From positions 186,001-250,000 of the forward strand of contig NIVC01000735.1 in the NCBI GenBank assembly GCA_002269645.1: a stretch of DNA of 64,000 nt, written 5' to 3'. Shown in pieces: positions 1 to 45,679 of this stretch. A program made the position numbers and the translations under genes. Every line of letters starts with the position of its first letter. The stretch's first letter is position 1. The stretch is from Macrostomum lignano (taxonomy: Eukaryota). The notes beneath the pieces are model-generated. The model searched no databases. It worked only from the letters and a program-made list of their open reading frames with translations, and was not told where the DNA came from.

Positions 1-310
1 CTCTGCTGCCTTCTTTCTCTCTGCTCTTTGCTCCATTTAAAAGTACATTCTCAATTTCAATGACCATTCAAAAGTATTTCTATTGTTGTATTGCAATAAT
101 TGCTTCTTAAGTATGCGATGCGCCTGATGACTGGAGATGCGGTAAGCTGCTGATTCGGCACGTCAAAAATTCAATCAATATTCCAATATAGTTTTTTATC
201 ATTCAATTAGCCGTAGACCCAGCCTACTACTCTATCAGAGTGAGGCTCAGGCTCAGTAAACTGGCTTTATGGTGGCTGCTCACCGTGCTCAAATCCTCTG
301 CGCTTTGCAG

Positions 311-331
311 GCATCTGTCTGACGCCGCCAG
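311..331 (+). other. Candidate 21-nt microexon (phase 1-1, GICLTPP) in upstream filamin intron
   Basis: ctctgcgctttgcAG|GCATCTGTCTGACGCCGCCAG|GTAAAT. Length is divisible by 3 and open in the phase needed by exon 1571. Confidence 0.3.
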
Positions 332-1570
332 GTAAATAAAAACTAGATGTGTATCCCTGCAAAATCCTCTAGCGGTTTTGGGAGCTGGGAGCGAAGGAAT
401 TTTTTCTCCCACCCACCTGCCTTCATTACCTATTTATTAGAGCTGGCCAGGTGTGCCCGATGCTTTATGCTTTCTCTCAACTCCGAACTGGACATTGCAG
501 GCGAGCCCTCTCTCTATTACTCAGTCCTTGGTCTTTTTTATGTGTATTTTTTATTTCTGTTGGGTTTTGGAAGTTGGAGTGCAGGATGTACTTTTTGTGT
601 GCACCCGAGGCTTTTCTAGCAGAGTAGAGAGAGTGGCCTGAGCTCTCAACATTGAGAGTGACAGCTGAGTAGGTCAGACCCCGGGGCAGTCGCGGGATCA
701 GCGCGGGAAGCAAGAGGCGGCCCCCCGTTTGTCCCGGAATGGGCGAACTCGTCACGTGATTTGAGAGCGGATTAACTGAGCAGGATAGGAGTGGTAGAAC
801 CAGAGCAGCGGTTAAATTTGGCAGCCAGGTGAGTCACGGCTGGCCCCGCCCTGTGGCTCTCATTAATTAAAGAAATACGGACTTGTCCGACTTGTACACC
901 AAGGACTCGGCCTCTTTTTTGCGCACCAAGTCAATGATTAGCTCTGAACACACAGCCTTAGCTGCACAATTCAGTTTTATTTTCATTTATTTGTGCACAT
1001 CTCCGCACATGCCTAAATATTTCATATTTATTCACAGCTACTGTATGCTTTATGGAAAACAAGACTTTTTTATTGTTCGAGGTTGCTGATGTCAAGCTGT
1101 TTTCCTTCGTCGATTACCAAGGACTTCTAAAGCTAGAATATGGATTGGACAGAAAGTTATTTGATCCAACATGCACTTTAATCTATTGTACTCAGTTTTA
1201 CAACTCTATCAGTTTTTTTCTGTTTTTATAAACGCATTGATTAAGGCTTCCATGATAATATTAGTTTTAATGTTATTTATCGATCGCTTATCTACTCTCT
1301 TATAATTTAGTGCAGATGTACTCTTGGTGCACTGTTGTGTGTTACTATCGGGGGGTTGGTAGCCGGAGGCAAAGCTGGTCAAAATGCTGTCAGAAAATGC
1401 AGCCAATTTCATCATTGAACGTCTCCATGAGCTGTTTGCATGCGTTCGCACTGCAGCCTTCACTGCGCCACTTATCTGCAATTTACTGTCTATTTTGATT
1501 CAGAAAGATTCTAAACATGATTAATATCCCCAATACCAGCCTAATCTTCATCGCCCGCGAATTCTTTCAG

Positions 1571-32361
<30,791 letters not shown>

Positions 32362-33859
32362 TCTCTGTGATCCCGCGGACTCTGTGTGAACTCACTTGTT
32401 AGCGATTTTTATCAGCTTACTGCTCTGTAAGTCTATATTTAGAGATAAATCCAATCTATCAATATCTAGTGACAATAACTAGCTAAGTCCGGCCTTCCCC
32501 CCAGCATCCGCGCCTCCCTTCATCAGCGAATTTTCTTCCCGCAATCTGCGAACGCTTTCGACTGTGTTGCTTCTTTTTTATTAGCTGAAATTTTTTGCCT
32601 GTACCGACACCACGGACTGCGTGTTCTGCTGCTTTTTTCTGCTTTCACAGCTGCGAGCTCAGCTGCCCGCCCGGCCCTCATCTCCATCCGGCATCCTCAG
32701 CTGCTTTCCCGGACTTTTATTTGTCAGTGATCTCACCTGGCCGTCACTTCTGCATGCCCCCCCCACCTGGCTGACCTGGCGACATTAATTTTGATATTCT
32801 GCTTTTTTGGATCAATTCGCGCGCTTGCTGACCGCTTTGGACTGCCTGGCAACCGCTTAGCAACCAAAGTAATGCTGCTAATTATAGCCACCTGTAATGG
32901 GTTCTGAATCGGTGTCCAAGGTCAACTAACTGGTTGCTATGCGGCCTGTCAGCCGCTGGATCGAGCAGTCGGTCCGCCCGTTTTTTGCCGATATTTAATC
33001 TGCTACGATAAAATATTATAAGTATTTACTATTAATTTACTATTAATATTACTGCAGTATACTGGGCAGTAGTGAGCAGCGATTTTTGTTTCGCTGTTTG
33101 TTTTTGTATCGACACAGTATTAGCCATCGCATCCGAACACCTGTACACCTGTGCCCGCTATTGATAGATATTGAGAAGCGAACCCAAGTGCCTCGGAGAA
33201 CCCCCCAGCCTTGTCCTTTACCGTTTCGGCCTGTGATTTGAGTTTTGTTTGTTTTCATTTTGTTGTTTTACTTTGAAAGCCGGCTTTAGCAACTGATATA
33301 TTTCACCGCATTCGGCCCCCAGCTTCAGCCTTACTGCAAATGCGTGTCGCTCACTGTCAGTGCCTGCTGCCCATATGCCTAGCCCTGTTTTCAAGCACTT
33401 AACAGCTCACAGTTACTGAGCACTGACTGCTGTACTTGTCAGTGACAGGACATACTGCTGCGATAGATCATAGATCAGATCAGATAGATCAGATATTAAC
33501 TTGAGACCTGTTTGTTAGTTCTGACCTTTTTTGTCACCGTTTTTTCTTAGCTAAGGACCAGGCCTGGGGAGTTTCTGCTGTTCACCCCCTAAGAGTCCCG
33601 CATCAGCCTCGCACATGGAAAATCTCGCTGGTTTTTTAATTCTATTTGTTATACTAATTTTGACCCCAAGTATTCACAGTTGTACACCCGCAGTCTGGGC
33701 CAGCGGCTGCTGCTCGGGTACGCAAATATATTAGCCAGAACTTTTTACTAATAATGTCAGTTAGTAATACTCAATATTTAGTGCAAATCAGGATTCCGCC
33801 TTCCCTGATTTTTTTGCGTTAAAGATCAATATCGATTATCTCAACCTTTGTCAGCTGGT

Positions 33860-34950
33860 GGGGCAGGACCCAGTGCGGCAGGGAGGGCAGGACCCAGTGC
33901 GGCAGGGAGGGCAGGACCCAGTGCGGCAGGGAGGGCAGGACCCAGTGCAGCAGGGAGGGCAGGACCTAGTGCGGCAGGGGGGCAGGACCCAGTGCAGCAG
34001 GGAGGGCAGGACCTAGTGCGGCAGGGAGGGCAGGACCCAGTGTGGCAGGGAGGGCAGGACCCAGTGCGGCAGGGAGGGCAGGACCCAGTGCAGCAGGGAG
34101 GGCAGGACCCAGTGCGGCAGGGGGGCAGGACCCAGTGCGGCAGGGAGGGCAGGACCCAGTGCGGCAGGGGGGCAGGACCCAGTGCGGCAGGGAGGGCAGG
34201 ACCCAGTGCGGCAGGGAGGGCAGGACCCAGTGCGGCAGGTAGGGCAGGACCCTGCAGCAGGGAGGACAGGACCCAGTGCAGCAGGGAGGGCAGGACCCAG
34301 TGCGGCAGGGAGGGCAGGACCCAGTGCGGCAGGGAGGGCAGGACCCAGTGCGGCAGGTAGGGCAGGACCCTGCAGCAGGGAGGACAGGACCCAGTGCAGC
34401 AGGGAGGGCAGGACCCAGTGCGGCAGGGAGGGCAGGACCCAGTGCGGCAGGGAGGGCAGGACCCAGTGCGGCAAGGAGGGCAGGACCCAGTGCGGCAGGG
34501 AGGGCAGGACCCAGTGCGGCAGGGAGGGCAGGACGCAGTGCGGCAGGGAGGGCAGGACCCAGTGCGGCAGGGGGCAGGACCCAGTGCGGCAGGGAGGGCA
34601 GGACCCAGTGCGGCAGGGAGGGCAGGACCCAGTGCGGCAGGTAGGGCAGGACCCTGCAGCAGGGGGGCAGGACCCAGTGCAGCAGGGAAGGCAGGACCCA
34701 GTGCGGCAGGGAGGGCAGGACCCAGTGCGGCAGGGAGGGCAGGACCCAGTGCGGCAGGTAGGGCAGGACCCTGCAGCAGGGAGGGCAGGACCCAGTGCGG
34801 CAGGGAGGGCAGGACCCAGTGCGGCAGGGAGGGCAGGACCCAGTGCGGCAAGGAGGGCAGGACCCAGTGCGGCAAGGAGGGCAGGACCCAGTGCGGCAGG
34901 GAGGGCAGGACCCAGTGCGGCAGGGAGGGCAGGACGCAGTGCGGCAGGGA
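33860..34950. repeat. 24-bp GC-rich minisatellite (~45 copies), intergenic
   Basis: gggcaggacccagtgcggcaggga. Confidence 0.97.
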
Positions 34951-34983
34951 GGCTCACTTCTGGAGTAGCTGCAGCTCAACCCG

Positions 34984-35258
34984 CTCACTGGTATGAGTGT
35001 CTGGTGCTCACTGGCATGAGTGTCTGGTGCTCATTGGCATGAGTGTCTGGTGCTCACTGGCATGAGTGTCTGGTGCTCACTGGCATGAGTGTCTGGTGCT
35101 CACTGGCATGAGTGTCTGACGCTCACTGGCATGAGTGTCTGATGCTCACTGGCATGAGTGTCTGATGCTCACTGGCATGAGTGTCTGATGCTCACTGGCA
35201 TGAGTGTCTGGTGCTCACTGGCATGAGTGTCTGATGCTCACTGGCATGAGTGTCTGAC
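34984..35258. repeat. 23-bp minisatellite (~12 copies)
   Basis: ctcactggcatgagtgtctggtg. Confidence 0.95.
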
Positions 35259-35734
35259 GTGCACCCAGTCGGAGTTGCAATGCAGGCTTAATTGCATGAT
35301 TTGCTAATTCCTTGGCTTGTTCTGCCGCGGCCCAGCCTTGGACTCTGCAAGTGAATGATGAATGAGATGAGGCCTGCAATGGCCTCCCAGTCTGCAGCTA
35401 CTCATGCAGGCGGCATTGTTGAGCACAGAGTCTATTACTGGCTGGGCGCGCGCATCGGCAAACACAGGGGAAGCGGTGGCAAGGAGTGGCTGTCAATGGG
35501 GGTGGGGGTGTCTACACGGCTTTTGCCTGCCCGACTGCTGGGCCTGTTGGGTAAATATGGCGGTGTGCTCACGTGAGGGGCAGCTGGGAGACTCAGTCAG
35601 GCGCAGAGAAAGTCAACAGCTATAAATCCACTGGGACGGCCGGATCTCCGCTGCTGCAGCCCCTTCAACCCTGGCTTGGGAAAGCAGATTCTCAGAGACT
35701 CTGCGGTCTGAACAGAAAGTGGAAAGTGATCAGG

Positions 35735-36896
35735 ATGCAGCCAGAGCGGAATCTGGTACGGCAGCTGGTCCGGCGGCGGCAGGTGTGCGGCCTGCACCTA
35801 CTCGAGCAACACCTGGCAGCTGGGAGCGAGCTGGACCTGCTGGCGCACCGCCAGGAGGCCTTCGTCAGCTTTGCCGACATTGATGGTCTCGTCTGCCCGC
35901 TGTTCGGCGGGAGCGCTGTTGATGCGGCTGAAGATGAGCCGGGAACTTGCCAGCTGCGGCAGCGACTGCAGCGACAGATGGAGGGTGAGTGCAGGTGGAG
36001 GGTGAGTGCAGGTGGAGGGTGAGTGCAGGTGGAGGGTGAGTGCAGGTGGAGGGTGAGTGCAGGTGGAGGGTGAGTGCAGGTGGAGGGTGAGTGCAGGTGG
36101 AGGGTGAGTGCAGGTGGAGGGTGAGTGCAGGTGGAGGGTGAGTGCAGGTGGAGGGTGAGTGCAGGTGGAGGGTGAGTGCAGGTGGAGGGTGAGTGCAGGT
36201 GGAGGGTGAGTGCAGGTGAGGGTGAGTGCAGGTGAGGGTGAGTGCAGGTGGAGGGTGAGTGCAGGTGGAGGGTGAGTGCAGGTGGAGGGTGAGTGCAGGT
36301 GGATGGTGAGTTAGAGGGGGGTAAAGGGTCTCTCGCTAAAACTCGAATTCCGCACCCTCCTGGCAGCGGCCCTGGCAGCGGCCCTGGTTCTGCCGCAGCC
36401 GCAGAGAAAACGACGCCCCCGCCGCCGTCGACGTCAAGTTTGGCAGCCACCGGAGCCGCCGGTGCCGACAACCGACACGGCGGAAGCGGCGGCCGAAGCG
36501 GAGCCGCTCCCGACGCCGTTCACCGCCGCCGCCTCCGCGACCCGCCGCTTCGCCTCGTCGCAGCCCCTGCCGCAAGTCTCGGTCGACACTTCGCCAGATG
36601 GCGACAATTTTGACATCGACAGTCGGGGCCGTCAGTGCGTCCGGCAGCGCGGTGTGACCGCCGGCGCTTGCTGGCTGCCCGGACCGCCGCCGCCGCGGCC
36701 GCGCGACTTCTCCATCGGCCTGCTGCGGCGGCCGGCAGAGGCGGCGACGGCCGCCCCGCTGCTGGGCCTCAGCTTCCACCCGCCTTCGCTGGAGGCGCCG
36801 CCGCTGCAGCGGCTGAGCCGGTCGCGGGCACGGCTGCCCGCAGATCCGCACCCGGTGACCAGCGCGCTGAGGCGGGCCGCTACCATGGCAACCTGA
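35735..36896 (+). CDS. Hypothetical two-exon protein, ~259 aa (orphan; basic RKRRPRRRRR segment)
   Basis: join(35735..35984,36367..36896). G|GTGAGT donor at 35985 and ccctcctggcAG acceptor at 36365-66, phase 1, 780 nt. Strong GC3 codon bias in both exons. N-terminus uncertain; no family recognised. Confidence 0.6.
35981..36310. repeat. 17-bp minisatellite (~19 copies) built from a splice donor
   Basis: gagggtgagtgcaggtg. Confidence 0.97.
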
Positions 36897-37367
36897 CTTT
36901 GCGTCTGGGTTATCAGCAGAAGACTCCAGTTTGAAACTGATTGAATCTGCTCTGTCTGATCTGCTTACTGACGACAGTAGCACCCGCAGACAATGCACTT
37001 ACATATGTAGCTCGTATATCTGTTATCAGTCGTTCTTTTTGCCTGTTAGCCTGGGTCAGAGAATTGAAAGTCGGAGCCCGTCGGGCTTTATCAGCGGCTT
37101 GGTCGGGAATAAAATTATTTGAAAAATACTTTCTGGCTCTGCTTTCTAGCGCAACTTTGCTGAGCTGCTCTCTTCTGCACTGCAGTCCGCTCCGGCCTGC
37201 CCGGTCTAAGACGGGCTGGCAGATGCCGCAGGCTGAATAAGCTTTATAGTCCCCTCTCTCATGGCCGCCTAGGAGCTGCACTTTTAGCGCCTGAGCAGGC
37301 AGTGTGGAACCCGCTGAGGAAAGAAATTCTTATCGGAGTCTCTTCTAGCAGCGGGAAACTCTGCGCA

Positions 37368-40137
<2,770 letters not shown>

Positions 40138-40868
40138 GCTGCGGGCTGAACGACTTCATAGATTGACTCGCTTGACAATGCCACATTTTATAGCCAGTGC
40201 TTGCTCGAATGTTTTTTTACTGCCAGTTCATCCGGTGCTTCTCCAATGCATGCAATCGAAGCAATACGATTTGTTATTCGCTGTTGAACTTTAAACCTCC
40301 GCGATCCAACCTCCGTGAGCCTTTTTATCTGAACTAAGCTGATCAATATTGCATGCATTTTTATCCGTATAATTATTCTTACAGGTAGCTTGTTGCTGAC
40401 AATCCAGATAATAAATTTATTCACCAAGGGCTTATGGCATAGAAGTTATTCGCCCAAGCACAGAACGAATGAATGCATGGCAGTTAGAGAATTTCAACCC
40501 CATTGTACTATCTGCAGTTTGAGAAAGCAATCGATGGACGCACTCTACAGGTCCCTGCTGCGGTACGCCCCGGGTATGCATCACTTTCGAGATGCTGTCG
40601 TCCAGAGACCTGATGAGGCGGGCCGTCAGCGTCTCCCTGCGCCAGAGACGCCAAGTTGTTGCTGGGCCACCTCGATCAGCACCCGCTGGCGCTGACTCTC
40701 CCGTGCCTCATACTGAAAAGAAAAAATTGAAAAGCCAGAATAAGCTACCCAAAACGCAACCCAGATGTACCAGACGAACTCTCACATTTCTGCCATAGAC
40801 AGCTGCGCAGACACCCGCAGGCCTGCAGCAGCTCAGCCGCAGCCCCCAGCTCGAGTGGCACCCCGAAA

Positions 40869-41930
40869 ATGCCAGCCAAGAAGGCGCCAAAACCGCGCAA
40901 GTTTTTCATGCAGCTCACCAAGGATTCGTGGACGACCTCCGCCACGCCTCCGATGCCACCTCCGCTGCCGTCGGCGATGAAGCCGGTCCAGTCACCGCCG
41001 CGGGATGAGGACTCGCCAGGGTGGCGGACGGAGCAGTTCCTGATGCCCGCTGATTGCTTCCAGCTGCTGCAGCGGACCACAGACCCGCAGCTGCGCGCCA
41101 TCGAGCTGCTCACTCAGTGCCGAGTTCGAGTCTACAGCGACAGCGGCGTGGAGCAGCCGGACTGCAGCCGCCTCACCGTCCGGTACCGAGATCGCTGCGG
41201 CGACCCGCGAACCTGCGAGCGGCTGCTGAACTCCCTGCTGGCACGAAGGCAGCCTCGGGGGTCTGCCGCTGCCCGCCTGCAGCAGCTGCCGTCAAAACCA
41301 TCACCGTCAGCGCTGCCAGTTCCGGCCGCTCCCGCCTCTGCCGCTGCCGATGCCTTCGATGCCGTCCGCCTCACCGCCTGCCTCGGCGCCATCGCTGAAG
41401 ACATTTTACGCGGCAGCAGCTTCGTGCACTGCTGCGGCGTGGCGTCCGCGGCCTTCGCAACGGCTGAAGACGCCGCCCTTCGCGGGGCCGGCAGCCCTCT
41501 GCGGCTGCCTGAGGAGCAGGTGCTCAGCGTTGACGCCGCCTCTGCCGAGTTCGCAGCCTCGTGCCCGTCCTCCTCTTCGTGCCACTACTCCAGCCTCCGC
41601 CAGCCGCTGCGCGAAGTCCGCCTGGCCTGGCACCGCTTCGCCTCCATCGTCCGCGTCTCCCCGGCGCACATAAATCTCGGAGTTGCCATGGCAACCATTG
41701 AGGACTCGAAAAGAATAGCCGCCGCCATCCCTGGCTTCTTGGCCCTGCCCTCGGCCCGGTCCGTTGGAAATCTTCAGCTGCCGTCGCAGCCGCAGCCCTT
41801 CGAGCAGGAGGCTGATGATGATGAGGCGGATGAAGACGTGCTCGGGCCGCTGCCCGTTGCCCACCTACTGCGCTCCTTGCCGATTGGCCTCTCGGTGGTG
41901 GTCGGGGCGGAGATGCTGACCCGATTCTAA
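40869..41930 (+). CDS. Hypothetical intronless protein, 353 aa (possible degenerate KH-like module)
   Basis: Long non-repetitive ATG ORF with GC3 bias, set between AT-rich flanks. The segment EQFLMPADCFQLLQRTTDPQLRAIELLTQCRVRV has KH-like spacing but no GxxG. N-terminus may extend via an acceptor at 40797-98. Confidence 0.7.
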   Translation: MPAKKAPKPRKFFMQLTKDSWTTSATPPMPPPLPSAMKPVQSPPRDEDSPGWRTEQFLMPADCFQLLQRTTDPQLRAIELLTQCRVRVYSDSGVEQPDCSRLTVRYRDRCGDPRTCERLLNSLLARRQPRGSAAARLQQLPSKPSPSALPVPAAPASAAADAFDAVRLTACLGAIAEDILRGSSFVHCCGVASAAFATAEDAALRGAGSPLRLPEEQVLSVDAASAEFAASCPSSSSCHYSSLRQPLREVRLAWHRFASIVRVSPAHINLGVAMATIEDSKRIAAAIPGFLALPSARSVGNLQLPSQPQPFEQEADDDEADEDVLGPLPVAHLLRSLPIGLSVVVGAEMLTRF

Positions 41931-43904
41931 CTCGACCACCCACCTGGGGATCCCATGACGCTAAGTCTAGATAATTTAAGATTATTAGCGTGCAATAGTA
42001 CTTTAGTTTCCAGGCTGGTCTGTTGAAAGCTTTACAAAGCTGTGCATGTACGCTTGCAGAAGGATAAATACTTCACTTTGTAGCCGATTTACATGTACTT
42101 GAACGATCATCCGTCAATGCTAAAACTACTTGCTTTTCTTTACACTTAATTCGTACACAGAGCTTAAATGTTGTCCGCTATAATCATTGGATGCCCTGCT
42201 GATCAAACAAGGTCATCTAACTATAGGGACAGTGGGCACTGGTGCAAAATCCGCAAAATTTTTAATGCATTTACTTTTTCGCCAAATTTTAACGCAATCT
42301 TCAGACCCAGCGCAGTAATCAAATCGCTGCACCTGTAATTTCGCGCGGCATCCTTGCAAAAATTGTATGCAATTATTTTTGCGTATTGAAATGGAGAAAT
42401 TAAAAGTTAAAAAGTTGCGCAAGTCGCGCAATACTGCTTCCAGTGCAAACTTTGCAACCAAAATTAATAGCAAATTATGAAACCAGTTTTTGTCGTCTCT
42501 CTTACTCTGACTCATATGTTAATATATATCTGATAATATTAATTAAATCAAGGTTTCCCTCCTTTAACCCTTTAGGGCATTCTTTGTGTTGCAATGTGAG
42601 CATCTTACGGGATTTCTTCTTTGCTTAGAGCCATCATTTTACTACCATGGACTTGCACACACTACTGGCCATTTCATATTTCTGGTTCCTAAAACCGAAC
42701 TGGTTCACTCTCGCTTCATTTTCATGGTTTAATGTTTTAAATTAAAATCAATTCTTTTAACTCTCCCAACGATTTTGATTCTAGAATCGGAATGATTCTG
42801 ATTTTGAAACCAATTCTCGCGAAAAGGCTACTTTAACTTTGAAAATTTGTGTTTTCTCTTCAGATTACCTGTTTTTGTAACTACTTAAATCCGTATTCGT
42901 TAAATTTTGAATCAGCCAAAAATAAAGAAAGTTTCATTCGCAAGATTACAAAACATCATACACTTCAAGGGGAAGTATTGTTTATCTACTTACTCTTGCC
43001 AAATTTTAAATAAATAAATTTCAAGGAATTTTTCGGCTAAAACGATTAAACGAGCATACAGACCTGTCGTTGGAATTTAGTTGATTTTTTTAATTTCTGA
43101 AAGTCTGAATTAGATTTTCTGGACTAATGCCACTCTGTCAGAGAATTATATAGAGGCTAATTGATGAGAAAGAATCATATTTTTGGATGCAAACTACTTA
43201 TTTAACTATCAAAAAAACAAAAAAATTCACACCATGTCTACTAATAAATATTAAATTGTGGTGTTATTGTCATCATCGATGATGCAGAAATTAATGGTTA
43301 CTACTATTGGCTTTTTATTACAAATTTGCATTATTTTTGCAGTTTTTAAAAAAATATTCTTGATTTCACTATGAATTTTGATTTACCAAGTTCACTTCCT
43401 AGTCAGTAATGTCTCTTATATAATGTTTTAAATATAAAACTAGCTATTTTTATAAGCTATTGCAGTTTTTTGCTAAAATATATTTAGTATTAGTTCATAT
43501 CACAATACTAGCAAATTGATTATTCCTTTTCTAAAACATCTCTAAAGTTTTTTAATTCCAATTTTTTCATGTCCTTTAGTTAATACAATAAATAGACATA
43601 GTTTATAATATAGAAGTATATACTACACATGCTTTTATTGTTTTTCTAGTTTGCTTTAAATATTGCAGAATTTCAACATTTTTATCGATTTTATAATCTA
43701 ATAAACTAATGCTTATTGTTATAAAATCATAATAAATTTTCATTGATGATTTATTTTCAATTTTCATCCAACCATATTGCCCCATCTTTCCATAGGTTAG
43801 AAAGAGTAGGAATTCATTTTAATGCAAAAAAAGAAAAATTGACAATCAATGTTATTCTACATTTTCTTGTACTTTCGAGTAGTGCACCAAAATCGGTAAA
43901 AATT

Positions 43905-44900
43905 ATGCCAAGCCACGAGAACGAGGTGGCGATTGTCACGGGCGCGAACTCCGGTATCGGGCTGGAGGTCTCCAAGCTGCTCGCCTCCAGCGGCTTCATT
44001 GTTGTGATGGCGTGCCGGAGTCTGGACCGGGCCAACCAGGCGGTCGCGGCTATGCAAAACGAAACCACTTCGCTGAAGAGCAGTGGCTCCTTCGTGCCGA
44101 TGCGGGTGAGTGCTCAAGCACCGCGCTTTCCGTGTCAGTGAGCTGCTGCGCGTACCGATAGATGAGCAGTGTGAGCAGCTTCTCAACTCCTCGTGACTTT
44201 CTCTCGACTTCTCGTCAGCGAGTTCCTCGCCAAGTTCTCCCGACTGGACGTGCTCATCAACAACGCCGGCTACACGGAAGACGTCACCATTAAGAATCGT
44301 CGCCTGAACTCCAAAGGCCACGAGATGACGATTGCGACAAACCACTTGGGCCACTTCCTGCTCACCAAGCTGCTGCTCCAGACTCTAAAGGACACAGCGA
44401 GCCGCCACGGAGCTGCTCGGATCCTCATTGTGAGCTCGGACATGCACAAAGTGCAGGTTGGCTTCCACGGTCTGGACTTTGACGACCTGTTTATGGAGAG
44501 GCCGGGCTCGTTCAGCGGCGCCCAGGCATACAAGAGCTCCAAGACGATGAACATCCTGCACTGCCGCAAGCTGGCCAGGATGCTGGAGGGCACCGGCGTG
44601 TACGTAAATGCGCTGCATCCTGGCTTCATCCCCACTACCAACATCATGCGAGATTACAGCAAGTGCACCCAGTGCTTCTGCGTCTGCTGCTTCAGCGGTT
44701 TCTGCTGCTGCTGCCGGATCACCCGCACTCCGCAGGAGGCCGCCGAGCACATGTTCAATATCGCCGCAGGTGTGCCGCCCTACAATGACAAGAGCGGTCT
44801 GTACTTTTATGACGGCAGGGCTCGCGACGTATCTGAGGAGGCGTCGCTGCCGGCCAACGAGGACCGGATTTGGGAATGGAGCGAGGCGGTCACCGATTAG
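43905..44900 (+). pseudogene. SDR retinol-dehydrogenase-like copy 1; acceptor of exon 2 and LDLSDYDSVRKF deleted (probable pseudogene or defective allele)
   Basis: Exon 1 43905..44105 (TGANSGIG). Exon 2 carries NNAG, NHLGHF and YKSSK, with the stop at 44900. Relative to copy 2, 44 nt (gactttcag plus 35 coding nt) are missing at ~44212. The nearest cryptic CAG (44216-18) is out of frame. Confidence 0.75.
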
Positions 44901-45679
44901 GGCGGGATGTGTTCTTAGAAATTGTCTTTTTTACAAGCAATAAGGTGCCATTTTGTGGCTTGCCAATCATTTCTCTTGTATCCAACAACTATGCAGTCAT
45001 AGATTGACCATTCAATGTGAATATTTTTATAAAACCATGCGCGAATTAGCTGGCATTAGTGATTTTTTAAGCATTTTTATATTCTTTTCGATCATTTTTT
45101 ATATCTAAGCCTATTATCTCGTGTGCTAATGACAGTCATGTTTTTGGTAACTTCACAGGCTCGAAAATTCATAGTCGATTTGTCGAATAGGTTGAGAGTA
45201 AACGGCAGGAGTTTTCAACGACGTGAAGTTTTGGGCTCGGTAAAGCGACCGGGGTCTGCTTTAAGCATGTCAGCCTGCTATTAAAGCACTTTGTAAACAC
45301 ACCGCGGAGGCCGCTTCTGGCCGACCTTATCTACAGTGAATGCATGCTCTCCTTAAGCAAACCTTAATTTTCAAGCTGTACCGGCAATCTTAGGCTATTC
45401 GACTATCAACAGCGGCCGAGCTCGCTGCATGCAGAACGCGCTGTACTTATCTATGAGAGCACACAGTACTGCTTGCTTTGCGATGCTTTTTCATAAATCC
45501 AGGAAAAAATAAATTACGAAATTAAACTCATAAATGATTGAGATGCAGAACTGACTTCAAATATTGTTTCTCCTTGTTGATTTGTGGTTTCTATATACTT
45601 TTACGATTCAGTTTGCATCAGAAATGGCTTGAGCGGCACCTCTGTCTGCACAATTCCGTCTCATTTCAGCCAAAAGCGC

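Noticed and set aside
33841-35042. Collagen-like or Cys/Pro-rich ORFs on both strands
   Set aside because: Products of the 24-bp GC-rich minisatellite.
36941-37240. 99-aa ORF with signal-peptide-like hydrophobic stretches upstream of SLC10
   Set aside because: No ATG start, no GC3 bias, overlaps AATAAA; likely the 3'UTR of the upstream gene.
40535-40695. 53-aa small ORF MDALYRSLLRYAPG...
   Set aside because: Short, no recognisable motif, and its donor phase did not join the downstream ORF with an acceptor I could justify.
42000-43900. AT-rich region with transposon-like words (TTAACCCTTTAG at ~42563, weak inverted matches near 42235-42470)
   Set aside because: No partner TIR, TSD or transposase remnant could be located by eye.
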